Origin: Octopus bimaculoides
Lineage: Eukaryota
Length of the DNA stretch: 64,000 nucleotides
Assembly (NCBI RefSeq): GCF_001194135.2
Contig: NC_068988.1
Coordinates: 72,977,113-73,041,112 of the forward strand
Direction of reading: 5' to 3'
Shown: positions 39,094 through 52,094 of the stretch, piece by piece
How the letters are laid out: every line of letters begins with the position of its first letter
Position numbering within the stretch: position 1 is the first letter of the stretch
Translations under genes and position numbers: made by a program
Notes under the pieces: model-generated
What the model was told of the DNA's origin: nothing
The model's database searches: none
Seen by the model: the letters and a program-made list of their open reading frames with translations, nothing else

Positions 39094-40319
39094 ACCAATT
39101 TTGGCCATTTTTTTTCACACTACACACTTAAAAACAATGGGAGAAGCCTTTTTGGTGGGGAAAAAAAATTTGGAAACATTTTCAAATGAAAAGGTGTGTG
39201 ATTTAAGAGAGATTTAGCAGTGGTTTCTAGTACATCCCACAACAACATAGTACCTTTCTCAGAATAGCATGTAGACCTAGATTAAAAAACAAACAAAATC
39301 TGAAAACTTGTTCCTTGCTTAAGCTTTAAAAGCATAAATTGAAGACATTAAAAACATCTGTAACCTACAGCAAACTCATTAGTAGGAGAAGAGAGAATAA
39401 AAAAACATAAAATGAATTTGTAAATAATACTACCACAAATTGTTTGATTGTATTCAAAATAAGAAGAAAAAAGAACATAACATCTGACCTTAACTACAAA
39501 ATTATATTCATTGCACAATAAAATTTTTATTGGCAAAATATTCCTCAAAGACAAACAAAATTTACATGTACAAGAATAGCTGCTAGGTAAAATTTGGATG
39601 TCACTCTACACATTAAAACAGTGAGGGAATAACCTACATTTTCAATACAACAATTCCATGCCAATTTGGGGCTCCAGAAGACACAATTTAGTGCATTTTT
39701 TCATAGAACTATGTTTACTTAGTAATTAGTTTGTCCATTTCTTGAAATTCTAGCTCAAACTTGATATTTGAAGCCTTGGATTCATGTTCTGTTTCTCTTC
39801 TCGCCAAGCAGGAATACTTCAGTTTGACAAGTAGCATCAGTATACCACACTCTTTATTGACTTTGTGTTTTTGCACCATATTGCAGCCAGATTCAGCAAT
39901 AACCATGCTGAATTCATGACAAATTTTTCTTTCTTATGATATAAATGTTCTTTTCTAAGTGAAAACTAGTGATGAAATTTTAACTTTTATATTTCATAAC
40001 TTTTATATTTCTGACCTATCCCATTGATTTTTATATCAAAATAAAGCAAAAAAAAAAGTCCTCTTTATGACTATAATTTTCAACACAAATTGAGTTATAC
40101 CAATCTAGTGCACTGAAGTAGATCAACAGTCAGGAAAAAAGAAAAAAGGGACAAACTTTGTGAATGGGTGGAAATACCAGAATGATTAAGGGACCTGGGC
40201 ATGGTACATAAGTATCAGATTTTGATCAGAACTGTATGAGAAGAAAGTTCACATCCAGAAAATTGAAATGATAATTTTCCACAGAAAAAATGTATTTTGA
40301 TATGAAAACGATCAAACAA

Positions 40320-43020
40320 AACGTGTTTCTGCATGGTCAAGCTATGCTAGTCTACCTTGTATGGTGCTCTATAGTGATACCTACTAAGGGTAGCACGGCT
40401 CATCCCATATGAGGAAGGAGCCCTAAATAAAGCACACTTCACCCAATCTTGACTGATTTACAGCAAGCAATGGACATGCCACTTGTGCAATCAGAAAAAT
40501 CAATGGCATTAATTGCTCTTGAAACTGGATATAGTTACACTTAATAAGGACTGACTTGCTGAAAAAGAGGGACTGAAAAAACAAGATAAGTTAGCTATAC
40601 ATTCTACTGGTAGGATAAAGAAATACAGAAGCCAGTTAAACAGTGTTGACTTTTGCTATGAAAAGTTCTTTTGCTGCTTAACTGGAATTTGTTCCCAAAA
40701 GAGTTAATAACAGAACGCCACTGAGAATTCCACAAAGAGAAATATGTTCCCACCATGACCATGATCTTGAATCTACATTGTCATCCCTGTCAATTTCAGA
40801 TCATATATTTTTGTTTGGTGACTTCGATGACACTGGTCACTATGTGGCAGGCTCTTCCTTTAAGGAAATGTGAAGAATACATCTTTATAACCAAGACAAA
40901 CTTTTGCATTCCAGCAAGATGCAAAATATCTTAGATACAACTTTATTCCAGACACTAGCATATGCTGGAGTATATAACTGTGAGAAGGCACAATCTCAGT
41001 GACGTGCAGATAGCAAGATCTATGTTTGAAACTGAATGTAGCACTGAACATTGGCTCACTGTTATTACAGTGAAGGTGGAATTTAAAATCAGGAGATACT
41101 CCTCAGAGCAAGCAGAAGACAGGGAATCTAAAATCATCATTTCAAAATGTCTTAGAAGTATGATGACAAGTAATCACAAAAATGTTTTGAAAGCCTTTGT
41201 GCAATCTATGGTCCAGCTCACATGGGTGCTTCACCCATCTCCACAGCAGATTGAAATGCATGTATCACAGTCAAAGAAGCAATACATGAAAGATGGGCTG
41301 AACTTCCAAAATGTTCTGAATAGACCATGCAACATAAATGAAGAATCTACTAACAATCTAGTGCAGTTTTCCTTCGATGCAGCCTTAATAAAAATCCCAC
41401 CCTTCTTAAAGTCAGTGAAACTATTAGGCTACTGTATTTTCATAAAGAACCAAGCAGATTCAATTCCTATAGAAATTTATGCTTATGGTGAAGAAATGTT
41501 CTTTGAAAAATTGAGCTATTTTCATTGATGTGGTCAATAGGTAACATTCCCTAACAATTCAAAGATGCTACAATTATTCACCTGTATAAGAACAAAAGTG
41601 ATAGGTAATAATGTTGTAATCATAGAGGTGTTTTCCTTTTATAAATTGCTAGCAAAACCTTGGCAAGAATACTCCAGGATTCCCTCATTCACTATCTTAC
41701 CACCAACAATCTCTGACCAAAAAGCCAATATGACTTTCATTATATTGATATGATCTTTGCAGTAAGACAGAACCAGAAGTGTACAGGGCAGAATGAAACC
41801 ATGTATCCAACCTTTGTTGATCTCATGAAGGCTTTTGACACAGTGTGTTGTAGTGGCTTGTGGAAAAAACCTTGCTAACAGTTGCCCGTCCATGTTTGTG
41901 AATAAGGTGCACCAGTTTCATGATGGCATACTGGTGAGTGCTAGGAACAATGGAAATATATCAATATCATGTTCTGCCACATATGGTATGATATAGGGTT
42001 GCATCATAGCACCTACTCTTTTCATTATCATGTTTTCTGTCATGTTGTTAGAGGTTTTTAGACCACCACCTGGAATTAACATTAGGTACAGGAAAGACAG
42101 CAAATTGCTTAATCTTGACAGATTACAAGCAAAACCAAAGTATCAAAGTGTCTGTGAACTGCTATTTGAAGATGATTGTGGATTGCTTGCACAAGATAAG
42201 TCCAGCATTGCAACCATGTGTCAATCAATTCTCAAGAGTCTCCAACAACTCTGGCTTCTCTAACAACAAAGCAAAAATAGAAATATTGCATCAACCAATT
42301 CCAGAACATGCACAATGTATACATCCTGGAATAGAAGTGAAATTAAACTGAAAAATGTTGACAAATTAAAATATCTTGGAAATGCAATTCTAAAATGCCT
42401 GTATTGATGTTGATGTGCCATCACTTACTGGCAAGGAAAATGCAGCTTTTAGAAAATTGCTGCATATACAATGTTGTCATCCTTCCTGTATGACATCAAA
42501 CCAGATCCATGCTAAAAAGCTTTATTTCCAATCCTCCCACAGAATCTTCCTAAGGAAGATTATAAGCATGAAGTGGCAAGGTAAAATGCCAATACAGAGG
42601 CTCTCATGGCAAAATTCCGGGTTTGTTTGCTAAGCTTTTGAGCAAATCCAGCTATGCTGGGCTGGACATGTTTACAGAATATCTACCAAAGGCAATCTTC
42701 TATTCTAAGGTTACAAATGGACAGCACTATGTTGGTACACCACATAAAAAATTCAAAGATGCATTAAAAGCAACCCTGAGCGGCTGCAAAATCAACTTAA
42801 ATTCATAGAATGACCTTTCCTGGAGGTTTACATGAGTGAAGCTAACACCAGGAGTTCAAAGGTGTTTGAATCTTTACAAATTTCAGTATCAGAAGCCAAA
42901 ATGGATGCTTATAAATCAGCATACCAAATCCAGTACAAGTAAACATAATGTGTGGCCTGCAACAAATACTTCTCTACCAGAACAAGCCTACTCAGCCACA
43001 GCAAAACAAAATGCATCTAA
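40320..43020 (+). mobile_element. BovB/RTE-1-like LINE, near full length but decayed
   Basis: 5' UTR, APE remnants (...ILFGDFD), RT motifs KAFDTV, GCIIAPTLF.IMFSVML, IRYRKDSKLLNL.RLQAK.K...ELLFEDDC, RLSW.GHV...LPKAIFY. Confidence 0.8.
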
Positions 43021-44444
43021 ACTATAATCAGACAGATGGACAAACTATTATGTATGTGTGTGCAGGTGGGTGTTTGTACCCCCACCCCACTGCTTGACAA
43101 TTGGTGTTGGTTTGCTGTAAATGTTCAGCAAAAAGAGACTGATAGAATTAGTGCAAGGTTTAAAGAAAAAGGAAGTACAGGGGTTGATTTGTCCAACTTC
43201 AAGGCAGTGCCCTAGCATGACTAGTCAAATGACTCAAACAAGATAAAAATACAGCAAGACTATTCCCCTATTATTCTCTTAACCTCTCATCAACTGGCAC
43301 AAAGCCACCTTCCTCAGTACTACTTCCCCTCCCAAGTTACTTGATGATCCTATCCTGTGCTAGTACCACACAAAAAGCATCCAGTATGCTGTTCCATGGT
43401 TAGGAAGGGCATTCAGCCACAGAAACCATTCCAAAGCAGACAATAGATATTGGCGCAATCCTCTGGCTTGCCAGCTCTTGTCAAACCATCCAGCCCATGC
43501 CAGCATGGAAAGCAGACATTAAATGATGATGATGATAAATTTATCGTGCTTATTTCATTTCTGCCTAGCCATTGCTAGGTATTCCACGTTTTTCAATTCC
43601 ATGCATAAGTGCACTTTTCAGTTGCATCATACAGTACAACTTTCACACAAAAATGAAATCTCTTTGCTAAAAAGCTAACAACACTTTCAATTACTACCCT
43701 TCTTTTTTCTTGCAACTATACTTCTGCCATAGCTATTGCTAACATTACTTAGAAACCCTGGTAACAGAAAGCCTCTGAACAATACAAGGATTTCAAATCA
43801 CAAGTATGCCTTCTACCAATGATCCTGTCAGTCTGCAAGAATCCAATTTTGTGCTCTTTTGCAAGTTCTGAAACATTTTCTGCAACTCTGCAATAGATTC
43901 TTCTTTGAGAAGTAGGTCATCCTCATCACCACCATCATCTTAAGATTTACTTTTTCATACTTGCAGGGGTCAAACAAAAGTATGTTGGAGCAGAGTTTTC
44001 TATGGTTGGATGCCCTTCATGACACCAGCAAGTACTTATTTCCAAACAAAGTAATAATCTCACAGTCTATTGAACAACAAACAGTCAAGACAGGGTTATG
44101 CAGAGAACTGGAAATGAACAACACCATATGAATAAGCCATTATTTACAAAGATATCACTTGTTTGCAATCAGTTAATACACATGAAAACAAGATGAAACA
44201 AAAACTCACTCACATACACACACATGTATATGTATGTGTGAGTGTGTAAGTGTATGTGTCTCTCTTTGACATTATATGACAGTTGTAAATGAGTGTTGCT
44301 GCCATTCATTTCCAATATTCTGCAAAAATATGTCTGGCCACAGGGAAATATTAACGTGTTTGGAAACAGGTGAGGATTGGTGACAGGAAGGGCTCCAACT
44401 GCAGAAAATTTCCCTCAATAAACTCCATTTGACCAATAGGTGGC

Positions 44445-46110
44445 TAAGTGAAGTACTAAATAAACAATTCCAAAGTGTCTTCACCTCTCCACTGGGAAAT
44501 ATGCAAATAAGTAAGCTTAATGAGTTCTCTGACTCTGCAGATCAACATGGGAAAGAGGCAACCATCAATTACATCAACATATTGGAGGAACATGTAATAT
44601 CAGCCACTAATGAGATGACCTTAACCTCAGCAATGGGCCCAGATGGATTTCTAGTTGTTCTTTTATAGACACACAAGAAGGCTATTACAAAACCACTGCA
44701 GATACTTTTTCTAAGTTTCCTTGTATGTAGCAAACTTCCTAAAATGTTAAAAGAAAATATATGTCCTATCCATTTAGACAGAAACAAAGCAGATGCTAAA
44801 AATTACAGCCTATCTCTCTGACTTCACATGTTAGCAATCATGGAACACATTGTCAGAAGAAGGCTGAGCGCATTCCTCAAAGAAAGTAACTTGCTCACAA
44901 ACACACAGCATAGCTTCTGTCCTGAGAGGAGCTGCCTCATACATCTACTACAGCATTATGACTGGATATTGAAACAACAGCTCGACCACAGAAATGTGGA
45001 TACGATATATCTCAATTTCGCTAATGCCTTCACCAAAGCTGATCATAGGATGATATATTAGTGTCAGCTTCATATCACTGGAGAATTAGGAGAGTGGCTG
45101 CATCACTTCTTAAAAGGTAGAAGTCAGACAGATGCAACCAACGATGCTTTCTCTGGGGAGAGGTCAATTTTCAGCAGAGTTCCTCAGGGAACTGTACTGG
45201 GACCACTACTGTTTGTGTTGGCTCTCTCAAACATGACCTCAGCCACTATCACCAGCTATACTGATGATACGAAAGTATCACAAGTGATCAAGAACCCTGA
45301 TGACATCATAAACTCGCAGAAATACCTGAACACAATATACAAATGTGTTAATGGAAAATAACATGCAGTTAAATGCTGAGAAGTTTCAAGCACTCCACTA
45401 TCAGCCCACAAACAAACAACAATCAGAGTACACAAGACCAGGAGGTAGTGTAATTCCAGAATCAAAGTTGATGTCTGACCTGGGAATCCAAATGAGTAAT
45501 GATGCAACATTCCAATGTGCATATTACCAAGATGGTAACACCATGCAGGTGGGTAGCTGGATTGATTCTAAGATTATTCAGATCCAGGAAGAAGCAGACT
45601 ATGATACTTCTAAGGAGAAATTTCATTCTCAGTTGTCTGGATTACTGCTAACTGTGGTTACCACAGTGTCAAACTGATGGTGGAACGCAAAGCAATCTGG
45701 AGCCAATACACAAAGAAAATTGACTCAGTTCAACAGATGAGCTACTAGAAGAGGTTAAAGGAACTGACGCTCTACTCTTAGAGAGAAGGCACACAAGATA
45801 TGCAATGATGCACATATGGAAGATCCTGGAAGGTCTAGCTCCCAACTTTGAAATCGAAAGCTATACTAACCTNNNNNNNNNNCAACTTTGAAATCGAAAG
45901 CTATACTAACCTACAACAGGACAGCACTACGGAGTACCAAAGATCCCATCTTCTCGATCTAGAATAAGGGCCCAGTACTGTAACAGCTTGGGTTTCAAGG
46001 GTCCACAACTATTCAACATTCTGCCATACAACCTCAGAGATTTGAGGTGTAGATGTGGAAGTCTTCAAAGGTACCACATTGCGGCAGGAATCACAAAGAA
46101 CAGTTCTGTT
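44445..46110 (+). mobile_element. CR1-clade LINE, degenerate RT
   Basis: LNKQFQSVFT; AMGPDG; QHSF.PERSCL.HLLQHYD; YLNFANAF; VPQGTVLGPLLF; SYTDDTK; MGFKGPQLFNIL. Same family as 10332-11910. Confidence 0.9.
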
Positions 46111-47684
46111 CAATTTGCTTCTTCACCAGAAACAATACAGAAAAAAAAAATCACACTGAAAGATTGTGCCCCAGCATGGCCTCAGCCTCTGGCTGAAACC
46201 AATAAAAGATATACACACATAGACAATGGGCTCTTAGATTTAGTTTTCCTAGAATCCATTTAACTATAGAGTGAAAGTCTTTCTCCAGATCAACAAATGT
46301 TTAGACTATTTTCTTTATAAATATATCTCCAGAATATTACATCTGTGGCTCCACAACTTGATACAAACCTAAATATCATTGTATCTACATTAGCTGTATC
46401 CTATAGTAACTTTCCTAAAATACTTAGTTGCATACAGGAAGATTTAATGTGTCATTAACGGCTCCTTTTTTACAATTAATGTTCATATCTCACTATTAAA
46501 CTGTATCACTCTTTATACATGCTTCATATAGTCTACTTTTGAGCAGAAAAAAAAGAATTCCTTTGTCATTCAAAATAACAATATAGACTGACTAGTGAAA
46601 ACAGGCCTTGATTGCCATAATGCACCTATACGAGCAATCACTAAATGATACTACGTGGAATGTGGTCCTAGACAGGTTATCTCCTTAGTATCGATAATAG
46701 TTATTCAACACTGCACAAACATTGTAAGAACATTTCAGCTGACGGTAAAATGATCAGCAGAGCAATTGTTTCTCAACTTTGGTTACCAATAGCAAAAAGA
46801 ATTCTGGGTCAATTTATCTGGTTGACACGCATTTTTAGCCCCTCTTTTATTTCTAATGTTATCGTTATAGAAACAGAATTCAATGAAACTGGTATATTTA
46901 AAATACCATATTCATTTCTTTGTTATATAATTGATAAAAATTAACACACTGAAATACTTTTAAAGATATAATTTATGAGCGAAAATCAAATACGTAAATA
47001 TGAATCCTGTTTACATAATTGAACTAATTACAGAAGTTAAATGGCAAGATCGGTAGCATACCGAACAGAATATATTCTGGTATTTAGTTTCACCCTTCCA
47101 TATACCGAGTTCAATAACGACAGGAGATCCTCTCCTTTTTCTAACCGAAGAGATCATTACCGAAATAAGTTTCAGAATTCAAAAGCTTTAACAGATTATA
47201 TGACGTAAAAGCATTCTAAAGCTCAGTAACTGAGATTTAAAACGTATTTTTATAAGATTTTTAAGTGCCTTAAGGGAAATACTTTTACTGATACAGACGA
47301 AGTGGTAATAATAAAGAATTTTAAAAAGCAGGCATGACTTAGATAATCATTGAATAGTAAATAGCGCTCACATTCTTTTGCTTAAGGCTGCCAACAAGCC
47401 GCAGTTACTTCCTCATTTTGCACAGTAAAAAAGCACTAGATTAGTCTGCACATATTTTTGAACGATCAGTTAAAGCAAAGACAAGAAGTGTTAATAAAAA
47501 TATATGCTGTTTTGAGAGATGGGAGGACACTTGCTTCAGTCCCAATCTATTGGTGCTACTATTATTATACGAGCTAGTAAACCACAGCTACTACAACAAA
47601 CGGTTTAACAACAACGCTATAACTATTACATTTAATAAATAAATAGATTATAGACAGATATCAAGATAATGTAGAGAAATCCAT

Positions 47685-47726
<42 letters not shown>

Positions 47727-48477
47727 GTACATACACACACACACGCAGCGATAGTTTACTGAAGAAATTAGTAGTCGTTATGTCAGCTTTCATACTGACA
47801 ACCATAACAAGCTGACCAACGGCAAACACAGCAAACCTGAAAGGCATCAGCAACCTTATAAATATTTGGTTGGAAATATTTCCGCCAAACAAAAAATTAA
47901 AAATCATAAAATAATATTAATATCAAAGTTGCTAATCTAGGTTCCAAGTATTGAATGTAAACAACGACTGTGTTAAATATTATTTATTTATTTTTTTAGC
48001 GACTACACAAGGTGCCATGTTTTGGCTGATGAAGATGACAACAAAAGGAGCGAAAGCTAACTTCATTCGGTCTCGTAGACTATAGATGAAGTTTATAGCG
48101 GGTTTAGGGTTGATTCAATGTTTTTAAACTGCAAAAATTGCACAATGAACTCTAGATCTGACTGAAATTGTTATCTTCACTAGAAAATCTAGAAAGGTTG
48201 ATGACGACTTGCGTAAGTAAACGATGTAACCAAATGAAAGGTAATGTGGAGGAAGAGAAGTGGCAAATGGAAGCATCTGGCGGAGATAGTGGCACGTCCG
48301 CTGCTAGCCAAGCATTCAACCATCAATGACAGAAGACATTTTAAGGTTTAAAGCTGTAAGATGTATATAAGAGAAGGAAGAGTAACAGTAAGACCTGCTT
48401 CATAACATTAAAGCTTTTCTGCATTATCACAACTCTACTTAAAATTTCATCTAGTTTATTTTATAGAACTAATTACG

Positions 48478-48525
<48 letters not shown>

Positions 48526-49193
48526 TACGTACGTATGCATCTGTATGTGCGCGTGCGTGAATGTGTATTTATGCATATAAAGAAACTATGAATATGTATG
48601 CGCATAAAATGGTATTAGTAGGACAGGAAAGGTGATTTAAGTCCGACTCGGATTAAACTGGAGTAGATATTGCCACACCCTTCCAACGGTTCAAAATTGA
48701 CCCTTGAAGACAAAACGTTTTAAAATTATTTCCATAGCTATATATATTTTATTATTATCTAATATTTAATAATAATTATCTTAAATGGGTTTTGATCAGG
48801 GTCAAGTTCTCAATCACATGCAAGATAAATGAACACAAAATTGTATGTATACACAAACTCACTTTTACGCACACACTATATAAACACATACAATATATAG
48901 GTGCACACACCTACCCACAGTATATTAAGTGCACACACCTCCAAACAAAACAAACAATACATATGTATAGACACAACTAAACAATACATATGACTACAAT
49001 AATATAGGTTTATTATTGGGTGAGGGCGAGTGTATGTGTGTGTGTCAGTCAAGGCAAGACGGTTGTCAGTGAAAGCATCAGATTTCAGCGTAGAGGAGGA
49101 GATAGAAGGGACGGGGCTATGTAGTGGAGCTATTCGTCCCACCCTCACCAAAACACCACGTGTGGGGCGCCGTGCAGAAACGTTAAGCAAGTT

Positions 49194-49206
49194 CAAAATG
49201 GCCGCC
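49194..49206 (+). promoter_or_regulatory. YY1-like motif at the start of intron 2
   Basis: CAAAATGGCCGCC matches the AANATGGC(G/C)GC YY1 consensus and lies 5 nt into the intron. Confidence 0.35.
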
Positions 49207-49210
49207 TTAC

Positions 49211-49290
49211 CACTCGTGCTGCTCTCTCCTGAGACTCACATTTCCTACAGAACCACGGACCTGTCGGCACCTGCACAATTCCATAACACG
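49211..49290 (-). CDS. MLLT10: AF10/AF17-family protein, coding exon 2
   Basis: ttctcgacag|CG TGT TAT...CGA GTG|gtaagg; (A)CYGIVQVPTGPWFCRKCESQERAARV; 80 nt. Too short for the ORF track. Confidence 0.97.
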
Positions 49291-49475
49291 CTGTCGAGAA
49301 AAAGAAAAACACTCTAAGAAATACTTTATTAACTTCTCAAATCAATACGAAATCTTCCTATTAAATAAATAAATCATTTATTAAATCAATATTGATGTAC
49401 TAAAAAAAGATGATTATATATATATATATATATTACAAACATTATATTTATATATCCATTCACACAAAAACCTAC

Positions 49476-49584
49476 CCTGATGTACGGCGACATTACACCC
49501 GTGACCATCACAATAAACCAGGGGATTCTCCGCCCAACCTCTCTCGTCAGAACAAACACAGCAGCCACCAACCATCTCCTTCAT
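49476..49584 (-). CDS. MLLT10: AF10/AF17-family protein, coding exon 1 (PHD1 start)
   Basis: Translates MKEMVGGCCVCSDERGWAENPLVYCDGHGCNVAVHQ+G, the near-invariant AF10/AF17 N-terminus; donor CAG G|gtaggt; 109 nt, phase 1. Confidence 0.97.
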
Positions 49585-50290
49585 TCTGGAATTGTTCAAC
49601 GATAAAGAAAGTCACAACTAAAGCAGTGGTCTAAGCCATGCTTGATCGTGTGTTTTGCTGGCACCATCAACTAAGTTGCCAGCTAGCTTTCAACGACGAC
49701 GACGACAACTTGACCGGGCCAAGGTCGTTGCACATGCGCTCCAGAACGGAGCCAAGCATGCTGGGATATGTTGTCAATGATACGCTTCTCTCATTCTTTA
49801 TTAACAGTAAAAGAAAGCATTATACAAAAATAAGCATATTCTTGTATTTTGGCTTAGTTTCAATTTAAGGTAGCATTTTATTTAGGTAGTAAAGTGATGA
49901 AAGGCTAAGCCTTAAAGAAGAAAAGGTTTATCCGTGATAGTAATCATTGAAATATGGCGCTAATTAGACAGTTTGTAATGAATAAACGGTGCTTCATTTG
50001 GTCGATTTATTTACATTAAAGTATCGTTGTCTCGTGTTTTAAAGGTCATCTATCTCTCTAACAAAGATAGTCATATATTCAGTCATTGTCTCATTACTTA
50101 AAAATGTCATTTTCCCTCGTTTATTTTTAATTGGGGATAGTACACTAATTTGGCTTAGGCCGTGGTGCTAAGAAAAATCTGAAGAAACATTTGTATATAA
50201 TTGGCGGTGGACTGAACATCAGAAGGTAAACCGCCCGGTGAATGCGACCCTATTTCAGTTCCTAATTATTTTATTTCACTTAAATATTCT
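49585..50290 (-). promoter_or_regulatory. Probable 5' UTR/promoter region of the AF10 gene
   Basis: CpG-retaining, GC-richer patches directly upstream of the ATG. A possible 3' splice site ttccag|aATG suggests an untranslated upstream exon. An N-gap at 50291-50371 hides part of the region. Confidence 0.5.
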
Positions 50291-50371
50291 NNNNNNNNNN
50301 NNNNNNNNNNNNNNNNNNNNNNNNNNNNNNNNNNNNNNNNNNNNNNNNNNNNNNNNNNNNNNNNNNNNNNN
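50291..50371. other. Assembly gap (N run)
   Basis: 81 N. Other gaps at 541-591, 30567-30576 and 45873-45882. Confidence 0.99.
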
Positions 50372-50477
50372 TTATTTTAAGGAGGAATTATTTAAATAAG
50401 CCGCATTAGCTATTGAGTTTAAGAGATAATGAACTCCCAACGTCACTGCAGCATTTCAATTTTATTAAAAATTTCTA

Positions 50478-50782
50478 GGGCAAGTGTCTTCTACTATAGT
50501 CTAGAGCCGACCAAAGCCTTGTAAGTGGATTTGGTAGACGGAAAGTGAAAGAAGCCCGTCGTATATATGTATATATATGTGTGTGTCTGTGTTTGTCCCC
50601 CGCCAACATCGCTTGACAACTGATGCTGGTGTGTTTACGTCACCGTAACTTAGCGGTTCGGCAAAAGAGAACGATTGAATAAGTACTAGGCTTACAAAGA
50701 ATAAGTCCTGGGGTAGATTTCCTCGACTAAAGGCGGTGCTCCAGCATGGCCGCAGTCAAATGACTGAAACAAGTAAAAGAGA
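50478..50782 (+). mobile_element. tRNA-derived SINE (family A), 5'-truncated
   Basis: gggcaagtgtcttctactatag...aaagaagcccgtcgtatatat...aaatgactgaaacaagtaaaaga. Confidence 0.9.
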
Positions 50783-51534
50783 TATGTGATTAGTGTTCAT
50801 TTATGGGGAAGATGTTGACAAAATTCAGTGTTTTTCATTGAATCCGAAATGTTTACTTATATGGAAGTTACTGGCTGAAAGGTAAGCACTGGATAAGATG
50901 CCTGTTGGTGACTAGTTTCCACCTACATTCTAAGTTCAAGTACTGCTAGAGCTGACTGCCTTACATCCCTCCAGGATGAATACAATTATATGACTTTATA
51001 TCAATGTGAAAGTTAATATTTACAACTAGGCAAGTACCTTGTGTGCTGATTCTAACTTAGTTTTGTTTCTAGGTAAAAGCAATTTATTTCATTTACATCA
51101 TGGGAACCTTTAGAAATGGTAGGAACGTTTCAACGATGCATTTTATCCCACACGATATAGGGCCATGCTACTTACTTTCATGCAGAATCAACCACTTCTT
51201 AGAACTTTAGGTTCTGATTCCTAGAGAGATCCATTGCAATATTTCAAATCTTTTTATGGGACATATTTTTAAGTAAGCTGCAAAGCTCTTCATTTTGTAT
51301 CTTCCCTTACCATGTTCTCAATGTGCTGAAGCAAGACCTTACACTTTTAACTATCATTCTATCAAAAAAAAAAAAAAACTCAGCAAATGGAAATTTTCTC
51401 CACACATCATTAGTATGACAAGTATACTATAAAGCTATTCTCACCATTTTTGTAAGAACTACACAGTTATGAAAAACTTGTTCTAATTAAGCCACAAAAA
51501 CGTTTTGGTCTAGTTCCTACTTGGTAGAAACAAA

Positions 51535-51588
51535 CAGCTGCAGTCCATTTCACAGCTGCAGTCCATTTCACAGCTGCAGTCCATTTCA
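51535..51588. repeat. Perfect 18-bp tandem repeat x3
   Basis: (cagctgcagtccatttca)3. Confidence 0.95.
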
Positions 51589-52094
51589 TTATGTATTTAG
51601 GCAATACACTTCATTCAGCAATCCTCAGTTCACATTACAGTGGACATCAATACATGCACTTCTGAGAATATTACTAATGCATATCCACGTAGAAATATAT
51701 ATCTCATAAATTTAATACCATAAAAAACAGAACTAAGTAATCATTGTCATCATTTTACATCCAATTTTCCATGCTTGCATGGTTCAGGTGGAATTGGCTG
51801 ATGCAGATTTTCTAGACGGATGCCCCACCTGTTGCCAACTCTCACCTGCTTCCAAACAAAGTTTTGTGTGGTGGTTAGTCACAATATTAGGTAGGCTGCG
51901 TGTGAAGACCACACTAAACCCGTATTATTTATATTTTCATGTATATGTCCTGAGTGATATTGTTATTATGGAGTTTGCTATGCTATGATTGAATTGGTGA
52001 ATGAAAATACTTTTCTTGTTTGCATTGAGAAGTAACTAAACAACACCTGTGAACATTTCAACAGTAAATCTGTCTTCAGGTGTACTGAGATATC

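Noticed and set aside
45261-45274. CTGATGA...GAAA hammerhead-like core
   Set aside because: Falls in the CR1 RT codons for YTDDTK; no stem II.
45843-45912. 30-bp direct repeat around a 10-N gap
   Set aside because: Identical sequence on both sides of the gap indicates unmerged contig overlap.
48025-48054. CTGATGA...GAAA hammerhead-like core
   Set aside because: The intervening sequence does not pair, and no stems I/III are evident.
49030-49317. Plus-strand 95-aa ORF near the promoter
   Set aside because: Antisense to exon 2; no start context or homology.
49585-49599. N-terminal extension MNNSR in the ORF track
   Set aside because: It starts at TTG, not ATG; the family start MKEMVGG is at 49584.
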